DNA from: Okamejei kenojei
Lineage: Eukaryota
Direction: 5' to 3'
Assembly: GCA_035221665.1 (NCBI GenBank)
Contig: CM069156.1
Span: forward strand, 27,342,001 to 27,406,000
Length of the DNA stretch: 64,000 nt
Position 1 is the stretch's first letter, and every line of letters starts with the position of its first letter. The notes beneath the pieces are model-generated. The model searched no databases. It saw nothing but the letters and a program-made list of their open reading frames with translations, and was not told where the DNA came from. Made by a program: the position numbers and the translations under genes. Positions 26,822 through 39,375 of this stretch are shown piece after piece.

Positions 26822-29800
26822 CAAAGACAGAAAGTAAACGAATTATCAAAACAGTAAGGGAAACGAGGTAACGTTGGTGATATAAAGGAATTGAGAGGGT
26901 AAATTAGCACCTGAAAACAATCCGCAGTTAGAACATCGAAAGGAACAGGTCCTTCGGCGCACAATGTCTGCTCCGAATGTCAAGCCAAGTTAAAGTGGTG
27001 ATTGGATAAGAGGGAAAAAAAACACGCCAGTGAAGGAGACAATGAGAAAGGAGGAAAAACCTCGTCGAACTATAATTGTCGTTACAGTATCTATGCTTTT
27101 ATGTTTATTTTAAGTTCGATGGTGAATTTGTGGCGGGTTTCTGGATCATTTGCGTACAAAGGAACTGGATTCATTCCGCATCGGAAAAGGGACAGGATGA
27201 GAAAGTGAGCGGATTAAATCGAGATGAAACGTGAACTCCCTCTCTCTCCGCAGAGTGAATGTCGCCCGACCTGCTTCAAGCGTTTCCTGTGTTTTTTTAA
27301 TATAATAAATAAAATGGGACATGTTAGAGAGTGAACGGCGCGAATGGAACTGAAAATAAACACGCACACAGGAACTAGATTCGAGAATTAATGAACAATA
27401 TCGCCATTTCCGATCGAACCTGAATTCCACGAATAGCAAGCTTTATGAAGCCTCTGCAAGACTATAATAAGACCTGCTCTTGAGGAGGGCGGTTGGCGGC
27501 TACATGTGTAGTTCAATGTTGAATACGTGCAGTAAAACATTTTGGAAATACAATTGAGACACAAGACACTGCAGATGCCGGACTCTGGAGCAAGAAACAA
27601 ACTGCTGGAGGATCTCAGCAAGTCCGGCAGCATCGGTGGAGGGAATGGCCAGGCGATGTTTCAGATTGAGACCAGAAATATCGACTGTCAATTTCTCTCC
27701 ACAGACTGCCTGGCCCGCAGAGTTCCTCCAGCAGTCTGTTTAGTGTTGCTGGAAATTAGATAAATGAATCTGTTGTTATATCATTATCTAGAAGATAATT
27801 TCTAATCACATCGCTATTAAAATTAGTTTTTTCCCCCCAAAAAATTAGCACGTAAAAAGTAGATATATTCTACGCAAAAAGGCCTGTAATTGGCCAGATT
27901 GTCCCAAACACTCACCTCTCATTTAGGGAAGGAATTCTGTTTATGAATGAACTGCAGATGCTGGAAACTGGAAGGTAGACCAAAATGCTGGAGAAACTCA
28001 GCGGGTGAGGCAGCATCTATGGAGCGAAGGAAATAGGCAACGTTTCGGGCCGAAACCCTTCTTCAGACTTTCTTCATTTAGGGAAGGAAACTGATTGTCC
28101 TGTCTGGCCTGAATTATCTGCAACTCCCGGTTGACCCAGGAAGACAGGACCTTCAGAGCTATGAAGAGCGTTTAGGATGATTAGGTGCATGTATTTTTGG
28201 AGGCCAGAAGAATGGGGGAGGACAACATGTGTCGGAAGGAACTTGAGATGCTGGTTTACACCGAAGATAGACACAAAATGCTGGTAACTCGGAGGAACAG
28301 GCAGGATCTCTGGAGAGGAATGGGTGACGTTTCGGGTCGAGACCCTTGACAGGTCCTCTTGACATTTAAAAAATCCTGATGGGACTGGACAAACCAGATG
28401 CAGGAATGATGACATGAGGAGGACCTGGGGAGGTGACACAGACTAACAACACAGGGTGGGTAATTTAGGACTGAGATTAGGATAAATGTATTCACAGTAG
28501 GGAAAGAGTAGGGAACCCGTGGAATTCTCTACACAGAAGACCAAGTTATTAAATATATGAAAAGGGGGGTTTACATATAATTCTTGTGGGTAAATGCATC
28601 ACTGAATATGGAGAGAAAGCAGGAACTGGCTATTGAATATGGTTGACCAGCCATGGTCATATGAATGGTGGGACTGGCTGGAGATGGCAAATCGGTGTCA
28701 CCGTCCCTGTTTGTCATTGTGCCTTGGTGATAGCCCCGTTGTTATGCGACTGGTCCAACAACCCGGAAGCGAAGTTTAGCAATCGAAGGGCAGGGATTCA
28801 AACCAGACAGTGGCAGCTGTGGAATTTTAATTCAGATTCATAATCTAGATCTGTTTTAAAACAAATCTGCGTAGTGCTGAAAGGGAAGGATTGCTGGAAA
28901 CAGCCAGACTGAACTACATCACCTGGTAAACCATTATGCTGTACTACAACCGCAACATTAAAATGGAGAAGGATAAGACTGGGTGCGTCTCCTGGCATGA
29001 TTCCAGGCAACTTTACTCCCAGTCAGGTAGATCACAGACAAGTCAAGCAACATTGTATTTCTTACAGACCAAGAAAATGTACAGATTATTCCATCACCAT
29101 TAAATATACCAGAACGTCAGATGCGGGAAATATTTAACAGGCTAAGCTAAAATACTCCCCTGCCTTCCCTCACAATCCCTGGGTCGAGTGGGACCACTAT
29201 AGGTAGCAGGGGATAGCTCTGCAGGTGCTCAATGTTAACTCCAGAAACCACAAAGTCTTCAGTGTCTGTCACCAAGAGTTTTGGTGGGAGCTGTCAGGAC
29301 GTTCTGACAGCAAAGGTTCCTGCCCGTGTCCACAGCAGAAACCCACTTGACGGTTCATTCTGGTTGAGCAAAACACAAAGTGCTGGAGGAACTCCATGGG
29401 TTGAGGCCGCATCCCCAGAAGGAATGGACGGTGTCATTTTGGATCAGACACTTCTTCAGACTGATTCAACCAATGGGGTCGCACTTAATCATCAGCAGAA
29501 TGACATGAAGAACTAATTTGTATTTCTGGTGTCATGAAGAATGGTTTATAAACTAAATGAAGCAATGTTTATTTGAAAATAAATTTTAAATGTCAATTTG
29601 TAATGGCCGGTATCATCAGTTGCTAATTTTGAGTTTTTCTATAACCATAAGGATTCAGATCATCCAAAGGATGATTAAGATTAGGAAGATAATAAAGTCA
29701 GATCTGATTGAGATTAAAAGAGCGTTTGAGAGTGTACATGAATGGGCAAGTGACTTTTAACTGCACTGAGAATTTGGTCTATTTTCATAATTCGTTTAGA

Positions 29801-31009
29801 GTCATGTAGTTGTAGTCAAAGCCATGCAGCTTTGGGGGTAAATTGGCTTCTGCAAATTGTCCCTAACATGTAGGATGTAACTAGTGTCTGGGTGGTCGGT
29901 GGTCAGCGTGGACGAGCTGGCCCAGAGGGCCTGTTTCTATGTTGATATGTAGGATGTAACTAGTGTCTGGGTGGCCTGCTTCTATGTTGTGTCTCTAAAC
30001 TAAAAAAATCGAAATCCAACATGGAAACAGGTCCTCATCCCAACTGGTCCACGTTGACTAAGAGCCCATCTAAGCTAATACCATTAGTTTGTTTTTGGCC
30101 CATATCCCTCTAAACCTTTCCTGTCATTTAAAAGTGTAAATTAAATCCTGTTATTGTACCTGCCTCAACTATTTCCTCTGACAGCATGTTCCATATACCC
30201 ACCACCCTCTGAGTGAAAACATGAAGCTCGGGTACCTATTAAATCTTTCCCCTCTCACCCAAAACCTATGCCCTCTGCTTCTTGATTCCCCCACAGAGTA
30301 ATTTATGAGTACATATCGTGAGAAGGAGTAAATGTTGACCTTGGGGTTTTGTATTAATAGATGTTGGAGATAATTTGGTGACAGTTTTGCTGAGTGCATT
30401 TAGAGGAATGCTGCAAAATGGGCATGTTTAAATATGTCAGTGTATGGGTGCACTGGTGAAGTCAGCATTTGTTGTGCAAGTTCATTAATTGGTGAACCAG
30501 AACGGACAAGAGATTTTGTGGGTTAGTTTGTGAAACATTTGGTATTTTAATGAATGAGGATGAATCACAAGTGAACACGTGACTCTGTTTAGTTCTGCAA
30601 CTATGTATAAATAATGCACATGTATCACGGTGTGCAGATAGAATGACCTCATTGTGTGTGAATTGGGCTGGAGAAGCACAATGTTGCCATAGCACTTTTG
30701 GAAATGTGCTGTGTCTGTGCACAGAGTACGTGGATTGTACACTGAATATTTATATATATGTAAAAAAGTGTAAAGGGTATACTGCGTGGATAATAATTGT
30801 GCCAGGGTAACTATTCAATAACATAATCCTACACTTCGAGTTCTGAACTTGCATTAATAGTGCAGCCTGTAAACTCTGTGGTGCACAATATTGCACGATG
30901 TACACAAACAGTGGCGGCATGTGTGTCTGGTTCCAAGCAGCGGCCAGAATGTAGCAATGCAGGTGTGGTGCACAATGTATTGAAGCTGAAAAGAATCTGG
31001 CGAGTGTGT

Positions 31010-31370
31010 ATACAGAGGGGGCAGTGTCACGGTGTGTTAATAGTGGAGGTCGTATGTGAACGTGAACAGTAGAGGTAGTGTGTGAGTGTGGAAATAACAG
31101 AGACAGTGTGAGTGTGAAAACAGGGCATATCATGTGTGGGAGTGGAAATAGTATGTGGATGCGTAAACAACGGAGGCGGCTTGATGGTGCAACAAGTAGA
31201 GGTAGTGTGCATATGTATAAATAGTGGTAGCACACGGTGGAGGCAGCAAGCTAGCATGCCAATGGTGGGGGTTGTGTGTGAGTGTGCAAATAGTGGGGGT
31301 AGTGTGCGAATAGTGGAGGTTATGCGCGAGTGTGCAGATGGTGGTAGTGTGCAAGTGCGTAAATAGTGCA
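31010..31370. repeat. Degenerate ~28-30-bp minisatellite
   Basis: Recurring tagtggaggtagtgtg(t/c)gagtgtgcaaa-like units. Confidence 0.65.
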
Positions 31371-31970
31371 CATAACACAACAGAGAACAGCCCGGCTGGT
31401 ATGTGTCAATGGAGGAGATTCACTGTCCAAATATATTTTAAAAGTTGTTACTGTACCTGCCTCCACTACCTTCTCTGACGGCTCTTTCTATATACACACC
31501 GCCCTCAGAGCGAAAGGGCTGCCCTTCAGCTTCCTATTAAATCTTCCCCCTCTCGATGTCCTCTGCTTCTTGAGCACCTTACTCTGGATTATTTATGAGT
31601 ATATATTATGAGAATGAGCAAATGTTAACCTGGGGTTTTTGTATTATGATTTAGGAGATAGTTTGGTGACAGTTTTGTTAAGTACATTTGGAGGCATGCT
31701 GGAAAATGGGCATGTCTAAATATGTCAGTGGATGTGTTACAGTGTGGAGCACCGGGGATGTCAGCGCTTGTTGGGCAAAGGTGTGTGGTGGGAGTGAACA
31801 AGGGCCGCACCTTCTCACACCAGTCCGCCAGCGATATCCAGCCAGATGCCGATGGGATGAGTCGTGAATCGTGACATTGGACGCTGTGAGCGCCGGAGAT
31901 CCGATGTTTGGTTCACACCGAACTGGCCGCGGCGCTACTTCGCAGCCGGACACCAGCGCACCTCCCCCGC

Positions 31971-32418
31971 GCCCCGGCCCGCCCTGTCCCGGCCCCGGCC
32001 CCGGCCCCTGTCCCGGCCCCTGTCCCGGCCCGCCCTGTCCCGGCCCCGGCCAGCCCGGCCCCGGCCCCGGCCCGCCCTGTCCCGGCCCCGGCCCGCCCTG
32101 TCCCGGCCCCGGCCCCGGCCCCGGCCCCGGCCCGCCCTGTCCCGGCCCCGGCCCGCTCTGTCCCGGCCCCGGCCCCGGCCCCGGCCCGCTCTGTCCCGCC
32201 CCCGGCCCGCCCTGTCGCGGCCCCGGCCCCGGCCCGCCCTGTCCCGGCCCCGGCCCCGGCCCCGGCCCGCCCTGTCCCGGCCCCGGCCCCGGCCCCGGCC
32301 CGCCCTGTCCCGGCCCCGGTCCCGGCCCTGTCCCGGCCCCGGCCCGCCCTGTCCCGCCCCCGGCCCCGGCCCGCCCTGTCCCGCCCCCGGCCCCGGCCCC
32401 GGCCCGCCCTGTCCCGGC
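31971..32418. repeat. Interrupted (CCCCGG)n/(GGGGCC)n minisatellite
   Basis: GGCCCC hexamer runs alternate with a CCCGCCCTGTCCCGG spacer; almost entirely G+C. Confidence 0.97.
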
Positions 32419-35400
32419 TGGGAATTGAGCCGAGTGCGGACGCCCAGCCTTGCGGCAGCCCCATTGTCCGCGCCCCCCAGCCCCGCTGCCTGACGCCTCG
32501 CTGGCGGTCCCCGGCCGCGGACAATGGCCAGGAATCTGCCCCTGGAGCCGCCTTGCTAATTGGAAGCACTTTCTGATGGGTCGGACTCCCGTCCACGTCC
32601 ATTGGCCATTGTTTCCTCCTGGCGCCGGCTCAAACCAATCACCTTCAATCAGAGATCAATCGGCTGGAAATGGCCATTGATTCTCCGTCCAATTAAACGA
32701 GGTGTCTATTTTGATTTTTATCAATAATACACAGGGACTGGTTTTAGAGGACGTTGGTAAATCGGGATTATTCATCATTCGTGTACAATTTAGGAGGTGA
32801 GCATTGGCGTCTTCCCTCCGGGCCATGATACCCGGCGTCTAACCGCCTGCTCTCCAATCTTCTCTCAGATGAGACCACATCTCATCTCTCCGGTGGTCGG
32901 AAAATAACCCGCTTTTCACGGAAGAAAACAACATTGTTTTGACCAAACTGCTACTTAACCAGAAAGCAGAACATCTCGATACCATTTCAAAATGCTACTT
33001 AAACTGAAACAGGACGCAGAAGTGTCTCGACCCGAAACGTCACCCATTCCTTCTCTCCAGAGATGCTGCCCGTCCTACCGAGTTACTCCAGCAGTTTGTG
33101 TCTACCACAGAACACCCGAGTCTGACAGCTGGTGGGCGGATAGACACAAAGTACTGGAGTCACTCAGCGGGTCGGGCAGCATCTCTGGAGAAAAGGGATA
33201 GATAACGTTTCGTGTCGGGACCCTTCTTCAGACTGGGAGAGGGGTCGGGGGGAGTGAACTGGCTCCATGAAAATGGACAGCTGCGCCTCTCTGCAAGTGG
33301 AACATTCGGGAGTTTTTTTTTTAATGATGCCATCTTAGAAGCGTTGAACAAGATCGAAATAGAATCATAGAACGAGAAAGCGTTTGTGGGCCGAAGGGTG
33401 CATATTTCTACGTTCTATGTTTGACCCACCATGTCTGTGCTGGAGCTCAGATATCCTCAGACGCCGACATCCCAGAGTTTCTGATACTCCAGTGGCTTCA
33501 ATAATCCCTCAAAACTATTAAATTAATCAGCAGCATCCACTTCTGTGGCAGATCCTGGAAACTCTCCCAGTGGAACATTTTCTCCGCATTTCTCCAACCA
33601 CAGGGTATCAGCCCACATCAGCCCAAAGTAGCGACGCTCCCTCCAACAGAAGTGGATGTTGTCAAAAAGGAGGGAGGGCTTACGTACTGAAGACTTGCCA
33701 TTACATTTTGAATGTGGGTTTTATATAGGCCGGGTCGGTTAGAAGAATGAGAAGGCTCCTTGCCGAATTGGTTCTGCTCTCGAGGTTCAGAAGTTTACAG
33801 AATATTACATTTACGTACCTCGTCTCCCTTTCCCTTTTACGAGAGATGCTGCCTTTCCTGCCGAGTTACTCCACATTTTGCTGCAGATAAGAATTTCGTT
33901 GTTCAGTTTTGGGACACATGACAATTAAAACACGTTCTCTCCCCCCCTCCCCTCACCCTCTCTCTCCCGCTTCTCTCTTCAAGATGCTTAGCCCTCGAGT
34001 CTAGAAGGAAGAGAATGTGCCCCCAATGTATAAAGAGGGTTGGAGGAATCTTTTCGCCGACTTGATCCCAGGGCTTCTGAGCTCTAAAGCACAATCTAGA
34101 ACACATGAGAATGGACTGGGCGATGTGCAAGGATTAGACTATATAGACGTAAGGAACAGCAGATGCCAGGATCTTGAGCAAAACACTGTTCTGGAGAACC
34201 TCAGCGGATCAGGCAACATCTGTGGACGGTATGGACAGGAGATGTTTTGGATTTTGACCCTTCTTCAACTGGAGACTGGAGACCTCGCATAACTCGATTT
34301 CCCTCTATTCCACCCAGATATATCCATGTGACCCTTTGTTTACTGAATGGGTATTCATCCTCTGTAATTCTATCGTGTGCATTGCAACGTTGCTAATTCG
34401 CCTCTGTTGAGTGATGACTGTCAGGATTTTAAACTCAGGATGGTGGGTGACAGCGGGGAGACCTCCGGCCATCGGTGCACAGAGCCACCTTCTGGCCAAC
34501 GCAGGCATCACTTTATAACAGGGAACAAAGATTGAGATACTCACCTGATACAGCCTTCCAAAGTCCTTGTCGATCCCGGGGGATCGCCAAAGAATTAAAG
34601 GCAGCCTTTCAAAGAATTAAAGGGAGCCAAAGAATTAAAGGCAGCCTTTCAAAGACTTCCCGCTTCCGAGGTTTAAATGGGAACCCACCATTCAATCCTG
34701 CCGTTCAATATGATGCTGAATGTAATCAGTCCCGTCCGCCCATCCCGGCTGCACTGTCCCCAATCTCACTCAGCCTTTCAACTTGAAAAGTATTTTCCAA
34801 AATTTCAAATCGTTCTGGGCTCATCTCTTTGTAATGTCCTACAGTACTACAGACTTTAATTTCTAACTTTTCCCAGTTCTGATGATAGCTCATTGACCTG
34901 AAATATTAAACAGTTTGATTCTCCACAGATTCTGTCTGAGCTGCTGAGTATTTTCAGCACCTTCTGTAACTATTCATTTTCAATGCCAATTTCAACAATT
35001 TTCAATGCCAATTTCAGCAGCCTCTGGAAAAAGTCTTCAGACAAATATGACAGAATGTTTTACCTCGTTTTTATTTTTTAATAACAACTGGTATTCCGAA
35101 ATTGAACAGTAATATGTGAGTCAGAGGGGTTTGGTGAAGTCCTCTGCCGGAGCACATAATCTAGACCTGCACGAGACTCAGGGGGTGTTGCATTAGAAAT
35201 GCCCAATGTACATGGACCAGTGGCTCCTCTGGCTCTGCCACAGACAATATGATGTAGTATTAGTCAAAGATCAGGATATGTCCCCAGTGTATTTGGCATA
35301 ATTCAGGAGTCATAACTTGACTGCCACAGTGGTGCAGAAGTTAATGCTGCGATCCGATGGCTCCAGGACCTGAGTTCAGTCTTGACCCTGATGCTATTTG

Positions 35401-35482
35401 TGTGGAGCTACTGAGAAAATAATTTACAGGAACATAGCAGATCAATGCAATTGACGGATTTCTTTGGGCGAGTTTAATTTCA

Positions 35483-35775
35483 TTTACTTTGGCGATGCAG
35501 CATGGAACCAGACCATTTGCCCACTGAATCTGCACTGGCATTTTTGTTCTATGTATCTCTTTTTCACACCCACTCCCTGCACACTAGAAGTAATTTTCAG
35601 AGGCCAATTAACATAAATCACATCTTTGTGATGTGGGGCGAAACCAGAGCACCCGAAGGAAACTAATGTGGTCACAGTGAAAATGAGCAAACTCCACGGA
35701 AACAGTACCCGAGGTCAGATTCAAACGTGGGACTCTGCGAGGCAGCAGTTCTACCTGCAGAACTACCGTGTTGCC
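35483..35775 (-). mobile_element. HE1-like V-SINE
   Basis: Same family, reverse orientation (gcaaactccacgga...gaggtcagattcaaac...taccgtgttgcc). Confidence 0.65.
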
Positions 35776-35833
35776 AAATAGCTCCCTTTGTTGTCCGAAG
35801 GAAAGATTAAAAATATGCAAAAATATTAGCCTC

Positions 35834-35939
35834 CAGGGGCCTCCAAACTTTTCAGCATGAGGGCCACGTTATATATTTGGCACATTTCTGTGGGCCATAG
35901 GTAAAAATAAAGCAATGTCAGTTTTATAAATGTAATGAT

Positions 35940-35975
<36 letters not shown>

Positions 35976-37244
35976 TGAGATAGAGAGAGGACAGAGAGAG
36001 AGAGAGAGTAGGCAGAGTGAGAGAGGACAGTGAGAGGGGGCAGAGAGGGGACAGAGAGAGAGGGGGCAGAGAGGGGACAGAGAGAGAGGGGGCAGAGAGA
36101 GAGGGGACAGAGGGAGAGAGGGCAGAGAGTGATAGGGCAGAGAGAGAGGGCAGAGAGAAAGAGAGGGCACAGAGAGAGAGGGCAGAGGGAGAGAGGGGGC
36201 TGAGAGAGAGAGGGGGGGCAGAGTGAGCAAGGGGCAAAGAGAGAGAGAGGGGCAGAGAGAGAGGGGCAGAGGGAGCGAGAGACGGAGAGGGAGGGGCAGA
36301 AAGAAAGAGCCAGAGTGAGAGGCAGAGAGAGAGAGGCAGAGAGAGAGGCAGAGAGAGAGGCAGAGAGAGAGGCACAGAGAGAGGCACAGAGGGAAAGAGT
36401 GCAAAGAGGGCAGAAAGAGAGAGAGAGGGCAAAGAGGGCAGAGAGAGAGAGAGGGCATAGACAGAGAGAGGGCAGGGACAGAGAGAGGGCAGAGACAGAG
36501 AGAGGGGGGAAGATACAGAGTGAGGGCAGAGATAGAGGGCAGAGACAGAGAGGGCAGTGATAGAAGCAGAGCGAGAGAGAGAGGCAGGGAGGGAGATGCT
36601 GAGAGAGAGAGGGCAGAGAGAGAGGGCAGAGAGAAAGAGAGAGGGCAGAGAGAGAGAGAGAGTGGCAGAGAGAGGCAGAGAGAGAGAGAGAGAGAGAGAG
36701 GCAGGCAGAGAGGCAGAGAGAGAAGGAGGCCGAGGCAGAGAGAGAGAGAGAGAGAGGCAGAGAGGAGAGAGAGGCAGAGAGGAGAGAGAGAGGCAGAGAG
36801 GAGCGAGGCAGAGAGGCAGAGGGAAGAGAGAGAGGCAGAGGGGAGAGAGAGAGAGAGGCAGAGGGGAGAGAGAGAGGCAGAGAGGTGAGAGAGAGAGAGG
36901 GGAGAGAGAGAGGAAGAGAGGAGAGCGAGGTAGAGAGAAGACAGAGAGGCAGAAAGGAACAATCGCACTTTATAACGCGCCGCAGAACAACGCCCCCCCC
37001 CCCCCCCCCCCCCCCCCCATTGCACCCTTCTTCACGGCGACCCGGTGATGTCTCAACTCTGACAATTCGCGGGATCTACCCGGTAACAACACGAAGAGCA
37101 GTTCCGGACCGCCACGCTCCCCAACTCGATTTGACTCGACGCCAAACGGACACACGCCCCGTCATGTGCTGAGCTTGCAGCCGGCCGGATAAAATCTCGT
37201 GGAGGGCCGCATGTGGCCCGCGGGCCATAGTTTGGGGACCCCTG
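35834..37244. mobile_element. hAT (Charlie-like) non-autonomous element / MITE
   Basis: 16-bp TIRs CAGGGGCCTCCAAACT (35834-35849) and AGTTTGGGGACCCCTG (37229-37244), 14/16 match. GGGCCAC/GGCCCGCGGGCC subterminal motifs. No clear 8-bp TSD. Confidence 0.7.
35942..36955 (+). repeat. ~1-kb (GA)n/GGCAGAGA polypurine low-complexity tract
   Basis: Near-continuous GA-rich repeats. These explain the spurious RE-rich and SL-rich ORFs here. Confidence 0.97.
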
Positions 37245-39084
37245 GTCTACATTACAGAAGTAAATGCATTGAAATTGATTTCAAAGAGTCTTTGTGTAAT
37301 CTGAACATACTAAAGAGCCACGTAAAATTGTAAATGTAATTTAGAGTCTCAGAGGTAAAGAGTCATACAGCATGGAAACAGGCCATTTGGTCCAACTCGT
37401 CCTTGCCAACCACGATGCCCCAGCTAAGCTACTGCCATTTGCTGATATTTGGTCCATATTCCTCTCAATATTCTCTTTCCATCTACCTGTCCAAATGTTT
37501 TTTAAGTTGTGATGTCATAGAGCCATCACTTGTTTTGTACTATAGTATGTCCTAGGACGCTCTCACATGCAGGAATTTTATTCCTGAAAGGAGGCAAGTG
37601 TTCTATTGCATCTGGGCCTTGAGCAATCAGCAATAATCCGTTTCAGTATTTTTGAATTTAAACAATAACCTGAGTTTCCATTCTTAATCACCTTGTCTCC
37701 AGGTGAGCCAAACTTGTAAAGTGTATTAGATGAAGAGAGAAAGGTGGAATAGCCAACAACATCATCCAGATTCATATATGAAAGATGAAAGTACTGACAG
37801 AGTTTCCACCTTTAATGGAAATTCGATCGTAAATCACAGCCTCCAGTATAGCTAAACAAAACAGAACAGAATATCTGATGACAGAAAAAAATATTCTGAT
37901 GTTATAAAGAATGTAGAATAATAATAAAATTAATGGATAAATGGGATTGACTGAAGAGGGCAAACTAATGGAGGAACTTGGATGAGATCATCATGGATGA
38001 ATTAGTGAATTATATATATTCGATCAATGAATTTCAAGATTAGTATAAAGCCTTACATTCACTGTAATAACATCTGTATTTATATTGGGGCTTTAACATA
38101 ATGAAATGTTCCGAAGAGAAAGCAAAAGGCATGCGATACTATCAGGGGTCGGGGGAAGTAATTGCACATTCACAATCACAGAGAGAGGCAGTGGAGATGC
38201 TTCTGGATACCTGGGAATGACTGGGTTCAGTCACTGATGGATGAGCAGAGGGATGGGGCAAAGACCGGTTATCATATCTCATTTATAAAAACAATGTCAA
38301 TGGCGAATATAATAGTTTTATTTGAAACTTGTGTGTTTCTGCAAATAGATATTGTAACGTAATGAACGCTGTGTTAAACATCATGCCTGCGTAAAACATC
38401 ATACTGCAGTACCACTCTACTCACGTTTATATACCTCACAATTCAGGTTGACAGGTGAGCACAGTGGCACAGAGCCGCAGACTGGTAGAATCAGGGAGCG
38501 GGTTCAATCCTGACCTCGGGTGTTGTCTGTGTGGTGTTTGCCCCGTGACCTCTTTGGTTTCATCTGGGTGCTCCCATTCTGTCCAAAGAAAATACCATAA
38601 TGATCTTGTTATGTCTAAATAGTGCCTGTGCATCATCCTTCGGTCTGTAATTCATTGCAGAATTTGATTGTGACTGTCAGCATGGAATATCATATGGGAT
38701 TGATTGTTATATGTGGTATTTCTTGAGGTATATAAGATATATGCTTTTTCTTATTCTGAGTGTAATGTGCAAACTTTCTATGTCCCGTGTAGTGGCCTTC
38801 TTATGCTTAAATGTATACACAATTAAACAAGAATCTTGAAATCATTTGTCATTTGCTTTCTTCAGCATTTTAGCTGAGCCTCAGGATTTTAAAATGTTTT
38901 TAGGATGTTTCTGAAGCTTCATTAACATTTAACATCAACAATGTCCATTTGCATCTCAGATGTTTCTTGGTCACAGTAATGTGGTAATGCCATTTGTTCC
39001 CTGGCAAAATCTCATAGCACCAGGTTCCTATGCTATTTCCCATCTGAGTACCAATTAGGTCTGAATCTACTTAGCTTTTCACAA

Positions 39085-39375
39085 AGACTGTAAAAAGCTG
39101 TGAACATTGCCTAGTCCATCATCAGCCCTGACCTTCCCACCCTCGAAGGGATTTATCGGAGTCGCAGCCTTAAAAAGGCAGCCAGCATCATCAGAGACCC
39201 ACAACATCCTGGCCACACTCTCATTTCACCCCTGCCATCGGGAAGAAGATACAGGAGCCTGAAAACTGTAACGTCCAGGTTCAGGAACAGCTACTTCCCC
39301 ACAGCCACCAGGCTATTAAACACTACAACCTCAAATAAGCTCTGAACTTCAATAAACTATTATTATTAATATTGC
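39085..39375 (+). mobile_element. Rex1/Babar-like LINE 3' fragment
   Basis: Hand translation gives KKAASIIRDPQHPGHTLISPLPSGRRYRSLKTVTSRFRNSYFPTATRLLN, characteristic of the Rex1/Babar C-terminus. Confidence 0.75.

Noticed and set aside
31864-32602. Pro-rich 185-229-aa ORFs as genes
   Set aside because: They are open only because the GC hexamer repeat lacks stop codons; no other coding evidence.
35826-37172. Long Leu/Ser-rich and Arg/Glu-rich ORFs (up to 399 aa)
   Set aside because: Translation artefacts of the GA/CT tract.
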